This document shows, one piece after another, positions 10,766 to 16,837 of a stretch of 16,837 nucleotides of DNA. Location of the stretch: the NCBI GenBank assembly GCA_964035545.1, contig CAXIUT010000170.1:1-16837 (forward strand). Reading direction: 5' to 3'. Each line of letters opens with the position of its first letter. Positions within the stretch are counted from its first letter, which is position 1. This DNA comes from Bugula neritina. Lineage: Eukaryota; Animalia; Bryozoa. Under the pieces are notes generated by a model. That model was not told the DNA's origin. It made no database searches and saw only the letters and a list, made by a program, of their open reading frames with translations. The translations under genes and the position numbers were made by a program.

Positions 10766-11764
10766 TCATATATTTTTAGATGAAGAAGGAGAGTCATTAT
10801 GCCACTATCCAGGATACTTCTTGCCATTAACGATCAGTACTCCTCGACCTTCGCGCTTACCATTCACCCATTCTCCCTCAAACTTCTTTCCATCTCTGCT
10901 CTTGAACTTTCCATGTCCCTCCTTTTTATCATTGGAATACCAACCTTCGTAACTAGAAGAATCTAGCCATAAATAAGTCCCGAATCCATGCTTTTTTCCG
11001 TCAATAAAGCCTCCCTCATAGGTTTCTCCATTTTTGTACTTGATTTTTCCTCTTGTTGAAGTCATTTCATTATTTGAAAACTCTCCCTCGTATTCCCACT
11101 CTTCTCCATTCACATAGTAACCATTTCCATGCTTTTTACCTGCCACATACTATCCTTCGAAAACAATCGTCGAACCAGGCTTGCTCCAAACTTATTTACC
11201 TTTTCCATTGGGAAGATCGCCCTACCACTATCCTTCATATCTATATCCTATATTTTCATAACAGAAAGTTCCCTGTCCTTGCGCTTGCTCTTTAAAAAGT
11301 TCACCTTAGTAATACCACCCCTGAGAACTAACAAATCTTCCCTGACCACTTGGGACTCCTTTAATAAAAGATCCTGTATAGCAACTACCATCAGGATAGA
11401 CTAATCTTCCTTAACCATGTGGTAGACCATCTAACCATTCACTATTGGCATCATATATGAGTCCTGCATTATTGATAGCAAAAGCAGAGGAATCTTTAGT
11501 ACCGTTTGGCATTTAAAATGAGGATGTAGGGACAAAAATTTTGAGTTTGTCTTAAATATCTGTAACATTAGGATGAGTTTTTGGGACAATATCTACTGGT
11601 GAAAAGTTTTTAACTAACAGATCTTATCTTTATGCAGCTGGATAGACTTGACTGAGATGGCTAACTTTTTGGAAAGCATCACTTTGAGTCATTTTATAGT
11701 TTTTGTTTGTGGGATCATGTTCCCGTTTATCAGTTTTATCATCAGAGCAGCATTGCTGTCCCAT
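10766..11764 (-). CDS. MORN-repeat protein with N-terminal MGQQCC acylation motif, 332 aa
   Basis: Joins track ORFs 11630..11833 and 10805..11146 in one frame. Contains repeated YEGEW/YEGGFIDGKKHGFG/YEGWYSNDKKEGHG/FEGEWVNGKREGRG MORN units and ends ...PGEWHNDSPSSSKNI*. Confidence 0.92.
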
Positions 11765-12494
11765 TATAGAATTGTTAAATATTATACTCTTAACTGACCT
11801 TTTGTAATTTAGATAATTTATTGAAATAATCAAACTAAATTAAACTAAAAATCATCACTTTGAACATTAGATATCAAATCAGTCTTAAATACAATTAACC
11901 ATTTTTAAATAGATAATCAAGTTTATTAATAATAATCCAAAATTAACAATTACAACTTTCTTTTAAAATAATCACTCGTTCTAGAACTCTTAGTCAAGAA
12001 AAGAACATAGTTTTCAACTCTGCACGTTTAGATCGATAAATTTTAAATAATATATAAAAGATTAAAACTACTTATCATAAAAACATTTCCAATTCAAAAC
12101 AAGAGAATCAAAATAATAAAAATAATAAAAAGGAACTATATTTCAGTGATATTCATGTTCAAAGGAATTATCAACAACTAAGAAATCAATAAAACAACTC
12201 TTAATTACCTTCAGAAGGATCCTAGTCATTCTCAAAAAATTAAAAATACAAATGGACAGATAGAATACAACCAGATACAAAAGAAATTTTTATAAAAAAT
12301 AGTAAATTAGTTAATAAGTCAAAAGAAGCTTTTTTAAATTATAATAGTCAAAAGCCATTTTCTAAAAGAGTTACATAAAAAAGAAAAGTTTTTTTTCGAA
12401 CTAAATAAAACTAATATGATTTTGAATAAATCTGATTCGTTCATAATTGGTCAGCTACTATCTGAGTAATTATATCAAATTACTTAAAATATAA

Positions 12495-13304
12495 TCATGG
12501 ATCAGTCATCTAATACTTCAAAGCTGCAGTATCAAACACCATCAACATAAGTGCCCAGCTAGTGGCTTGAAAAGGAATAACCATAGCTCCTTTGTAAAAC
12601 CCTTTAAATCCTTCTTCTTTCCATATTTTACTTCCATATTTTAGAAATCCAAGAAGTGAGTTCATGATAATCCTTCTCCTTCTAACAATTTCGATGGGAT
12701 ATACAGCAGTTTCAGCAATAATGGAACAAAAATAAGCTAAAAAGGCTTTTTATTGAATAGTTTTTGCCTTAGTTTTATTAGTATCATAAGTTCCATTATA
12801 TATAGCTCGATAAGTGCACATGGTCAATAGTACATTAGGATATCCTTTATAGAAATATTTATAGCCATATTGAGAAGTGATAGTGGTAATTGCCTTTAAG
12901 ATTGAAAGATGTTTTTGAGTGTTGTTATTTTGCAACTGTCGGACGATATCAGTCGGATAGATGAGAGTTGTTGCTGATATTCCAGATGCCATTGATATAA
13001 AGATGTTGTTAATGAATTTGTTTTAAAAATACCTTTGAAGAGTTCCACGCACATAGTAATTAATCACCTCTATTGGATATATTCTACTCAACATTACCAA
13101 ATTTCCCTTCCAAAATGCTAATATCCCCTCAGTTTTATAAATAGTTGAAGCGCAATTCGATATCGATCTGTATGATTGGGAAATACGACCAAGAGCCAGC
13201 AACTATTTGTTTGTTATCATACGCATCTTCAATATCTATAATGGAGTGTTTATCGTGAATATTAATATCACAGAAACAGTCTTCAATATTATTTACTCCA
13301 ACAT
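12495..13304 (-). CDS. Mitochondrial carrier (SLC25), divergent ADP/ATP-carrier-like, 269 aa
   Basis: Three Px[DE]xx[KR] signatures: TPLEILKMR, YPTDIVRQ, YPIEIVRRR. Also EGILAFWKGN, YRAIYNGTYDT and EEGFKGFYKGA. The loop NKELLALGRISQSYRSISNC and the YRAxYxGxYD motif are AAC-like. Confidence 0.88.
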
Positions 13305-13346
13305 TGCATCACCTATTATTTAATTAATTAAATATATCTCATTATT

Positions 13347-14618
13347 TTATTGCTTATCATTTATCATCTTATCATTTATTAATTATCATCTTATTGCTTA
13401 TCATTTATCATCTTATCATTTATTAATTATCATCTTATTGCTTATCATTTATCATCTTATCATTTATTAATTATCATCTTATTGCTTATCATTTATCATC
13501 TTATCATTTATTAATTATCATCTTATTGCTTATCATTTATCATCTTATCATTTATTAATTATCATCTTATTGCTTATCATTTATCATCTTATCATTTATT
13601 AATTATCATCTTATTGCTTATCATTTATCATCTTATCATTTATTAATTATCATCTTATTGCTTATCATTTATCATCTTATCATTTATTAATTATCATCTT
13701 ATTGCTTATCATTTATCATCTTATCATTTATTAATTATCATCTTATTGCTTATCATTTATCATCTTATCATTTATTAATTATCATCTTATTGCTTATCAT
13801 TTATCATCTTATCATTTATTAATTATCATCTTATTGCTTATCATTTATCATCTTATCATTTATTAATTATCATCTTATTGCTTATCATTTATCATCTTAT
13901 CATTTATTAATTATCATCTTATTGCTTATCATTTATCATCTTATCATTTATTAATTATCATCTTATTGCTTATCATTTATCATCTTATCATTTATTAATT
14001 ATCATCTTATTGCTTATCATTTATCATCTTATCATTTATTAATTATCATCTTATTGCTTATCATTTATCATCTTATCATTTATTAATTATCATCTTATTG
14101 CTTATCATTTATCATCTTATCATTTATTAATTATCATCTTATTGCTTATCATTTATCATCTTATCATTTATTAATTATCATCTTATTGCTTATCATTTAT
14201 CATCTTATCATTTATTAATTATCATCTTATTGCTTATCATTTATCATCTTATCATTTATTAATTATCATCTTATTGCTTATCATTTATCATCTTATCATT
14301 TATTAATTATCATCTTATTGCTTATCATTTATCATCTTATCATTTATTAATTATCATCTTATTGCTTATCATTTATCATCTTATCATTTATTAATTATCA
14401 TCTTATTGCTTATCATTTATCATCTTATCATTTATTAATTATCATCTTATTGCTTATCATTTATCATCTTATCATTTATTAATTATCATCTTATTGCTTA
14501 TCATTTATCATCTTATCATTTATTAATTATCATCTTATTGCTTATCATTTATCATCTTATCATTTATTAATTATCATCTTATTGCTTATCATTTATCATC
14601 TTATCATTTATTAATTAT
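13347..14618. repeat. Perfect tandem array: 44-bp unit x 28 plus a 40-bp partial copy
   Basis: Unit TTATTGCTTATCATTTATCATCTTATCATTTATTAATTATCATC. Units start at 13347, 13391 ... 14579. Display lines recur every 660 bp (15 x 44), and I saw no variant copies. Confidence 0.98.
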
Positions 14619-14632
14619 TATTTTATTTACCA

Positions 14633-16717
14633 TCACTTAGAAAACTCTTCCCCTCCCTTTTCTAATTTGTTCTCGATCTCTTTTATCTGCTTCTTTTTCA
14701 AGACCTGCCCCTCTAATAAAAGTTCAGGCTTTTATAAAAAAAATATCGTTTTCAAAGTTATATCCATAGCAGTATCAACAGAGTCCGACAAAGAATGTCC
14801 GCTATTCTCGTATACATAGGTATTAATAGGCACTCCGCTCTCTTTAGTAATCGAATCGAAGAATAATCCCTGTCTCCAAGCCACTCTTCTATCTTTGGCT
14901 CCCAAAAACTGAAGAGTTGGAATTTTCATCGGTTCGGAAGAAGGAGATTGTCTCCACAGAGCTTGATAATCCTCCCAACTCAAGTTGTGCAGTTCACACT
15001 TGCCTAAAGTTTCAGCAGCATTCCAATCAGGAATATCACTAAACCACAAATTTCCAATCAGATTGATCACTCCATTCAGAATAATTGCGCTTTTAAAGAC
15101 CTCAGCGTATCTGACGCCAAATATCGCTGACATATAACCTCCATAACTGCCTCCCATTGTATGCACATTGCACTTGTCTATATCTGGATGATCACTTAAG
15201 ACTTTTCGAGTTACTCCAATGACCTAAGCAGCATCTACTTCTCCTATTTTAGCTAAACTGGCCTCAAGAAATTCTTTACCATAACCTGCTGAACCTGAAA
15301 AGTTAGGATATAAAAGATAAAATCCCATCTTTAGGAGAACATATCTGAGACAAGTAAGCATATGTCCATAGGATCCATGAGGTCCACCATGTGGCATCAC
15401 AATAAGAGGTCTTTTTGAAACTCTTCCTTCAAACTGACTCCAAATATGTTCTTCTTTCGCTGATACCAGGAGAGCATGGATCGGTTAAAAATATTCCTTT
15501 TGTAAGAAGTCCTCTTTTGATGGAGGTTCAATAATAGTTATCTTTTTATGTTTAATATAGAAGAAAGAATTATAGTTATTGGTAGTGACGATTCCAAATA
15601 TGACATTTTGTTCTATACTGGTGATCTAAAAGGAGTGATTTAAATAATTTTAAGTGATGTTGTTATACTAGCCTGTTTCTAAGTTTATTTTGTAAATATG
15701 AGAGCTACTTCTTTCACTTGTCTGAGTTATTCCGAATACTTGGTCATCTTACTAGATTAAATAGTTTTTAAGAGTAGAATTATATCCTATGATCTTTTAC
15801 TTTATCCGGTTGGTCTCCACCCATTCTCCTTCCTTCTTCTTACATACAACGAAATCTTTATAAAAAGTATGAGTCTTACCAGTTCCACTCAAATAAACAC
15901 AATAATTCATACATTTTGATATCTTTGGAAACACTTTGGTTTAGTTTTTGTCATTAACGAATAACTCAATGACCTAAGCAATCACCTCTTTCTTGTCATT
16001 TTTCTTTTATTCTACTTATTTTTCGTTCTCCAGTATTTAATATTTCGCAGAATAGATACCAATAGGTTTGTTGAAGCAAAAAACGAGGCCATAGCCAAAA
16101 GATCGAACCTTATATGCATGAAATATGATTTATGTGCCTTCTTGATTAGCAAAGGAAGCATAGCATGGAATCAAGTTGCTTTATATGGGAATTCTAACAA
16201 CTTTTTTCAGTGCTTTATTCCACACAAAGATTCCAGTTTCTTTAATATTGTCATAGGTTTATCCGAAATCATGTTTAAAGGGTAATTTTCCTTTACCTTG
16301 ATTGAAATAACTTTTAGGTTAATCTTGCTTGATTTAAGCTATATAGACCCATTTAGATCCATTTGAGCTAGATTGAGCTTCTCCAAAAACATCATCTTGA
16401 AACACCTTCTCATGCTTACCTTTAGTCTCAATTGAATCGAATGAACTACTTTCCTATATTCTTCCTTTTTCACTGTTATGAGATAACCTTTTCATAACCG
16501 GACTGATCTTTTGAAACTGTTTCGTGTTTTAGTGAATGTAGTAAGACTCCTTTTTATTTTTGCTATCTGTGTAAGGAGAAGAATATGAATGAGTGAGTTT
16601 AAAGAAATTCTAAAAATACTAGATTGATGCTACAGATGGATATTTCTTTAAATACTCCTATACTTTCTCTAGTACTAGCTATTGAAGAACCTTTTGCTCT
16701 GTTATTGGTATTTACAT
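14633..16717 (-). CDS. APEH: Acylaminoacyl peptidase (APEH-like, peptidase S9C), paralogue 2, 694 aa
   Basis: Starts ATG TAA ATA (MEIPITEQ...) at 16717. Contains WVYIAE, DFGE, VMPHGGPH, GGSYGG, GAKDRRV and ENSGHSL. Includes track ORF 14732..15166 in frame and ends ...GGEEFSK* at TGA 14635-14633. Confidence 0.92.
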
Positions 16718-16741
16718 TTAAAATATCTTTTAAAATATCCA

Positions 16742-16837
16742 GGGGTTGGGGTTGGGGTTGGGGTTGGGGTTGGGGTTGGGGTTGGGGTTGGGGTTGGGGT
16801 TGGGGTTGGGGGTTGGGGTTGGGGGGTTGGGGTTGGG
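16742..16837. repeat. Right telomere, (GGGGTT)n
   Basis: GGGGTT hexamers to the end of the window, the reverse complement of the left end, with one G5 and one G6 run distally. Confidence 0.99.

Noticed and set aside
1339-11404. Track ORFs 1339..1539, 1982..2233, 2011..2193, 3150..3335, 5668..5907, 5904..6086, 7588..7806, 7655..7840, 10749..10952, 11053..11295 and 11129..11404
   Set aside because: These are antisense or off-frame shadows of better-supported genes, produced by standard-code calling.
12155-12600. + strand ORF from ATG 12155
   Set aside because: It runs antisense into the carrier CDS with no recognisable protein features and is likely a chance open frame.
13347-14618. Array as a CRISPR locus
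   Set aside because: Units are head-to-tail identical with no unique spacers, there are no cas genes, and the context is eukaryotic.
13347-14618. Array + strand as a repeat-protein CDS (it has no TGA, so it is open under this code: LLLIIYHLIIYELSSYCLSF...)
   Set aside because: Openness is a trivial result of having one G per unit. The 44-bp unit is not a multiple of 3, there is no synonymous variation and there is no ATG within it.
152-16717. Genes as pseudogenes riddled with stops, or translation with UAR=Gln (table 6)
   Set aside because: All catalytic motifs are intact, frames contain no TGA, and TAR aligns with conserved Glu and with GAA/GAG in the paralogue.
16808-16826. G5T2 and G6T2 telomere variants
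   Set aside because: They are distal homopolymer-length changes at the contig end, most simply sequencing or consensus error, and insufficient to claim telomerase infidelity.

Overview
This window is a complete telomere-to-telomere ciliate macronuclear minichromosome of 16.8 kb, with (CCCCAA)n at the left end and (GGGGTT)n at the right. The supplied ORF track is fragmented because the genetic code is non-standard. In-frame TAA and TAG fall at positions conserved as Glu and TGA is the only stop, which matches the peritrich nuclear code (NCBI table 30) rather than the usual ciliate UAR=Gln code. Translated by hand this way, the molecule carries about 11 tightly packed genes: a coiled-coil protein, a small acidic ORF, an ATG5 homologue, a Cys-repeat multi-pass membrane protein, a START-like protein, two paralogous S9C acylaminoacyl peptidases, PCID2/Thp1, ABCF3/GCN20, a MORN-repeat protein and a divergent ADP/ATP-carrier-like protein. 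Only one intron (20 nt, in ABCF3) is needed. The main oddities are a perfect 44-bp x ~29 higher-order satellite bracketed by an 11-bp direct repeat, a TGA-T context at all 11 stops, an intron that resembles a tandem duplication of exon sequence, and a carrier that has lost key nucleotide-binding residues. Family assignments rest on recalled motifs, not database searches.
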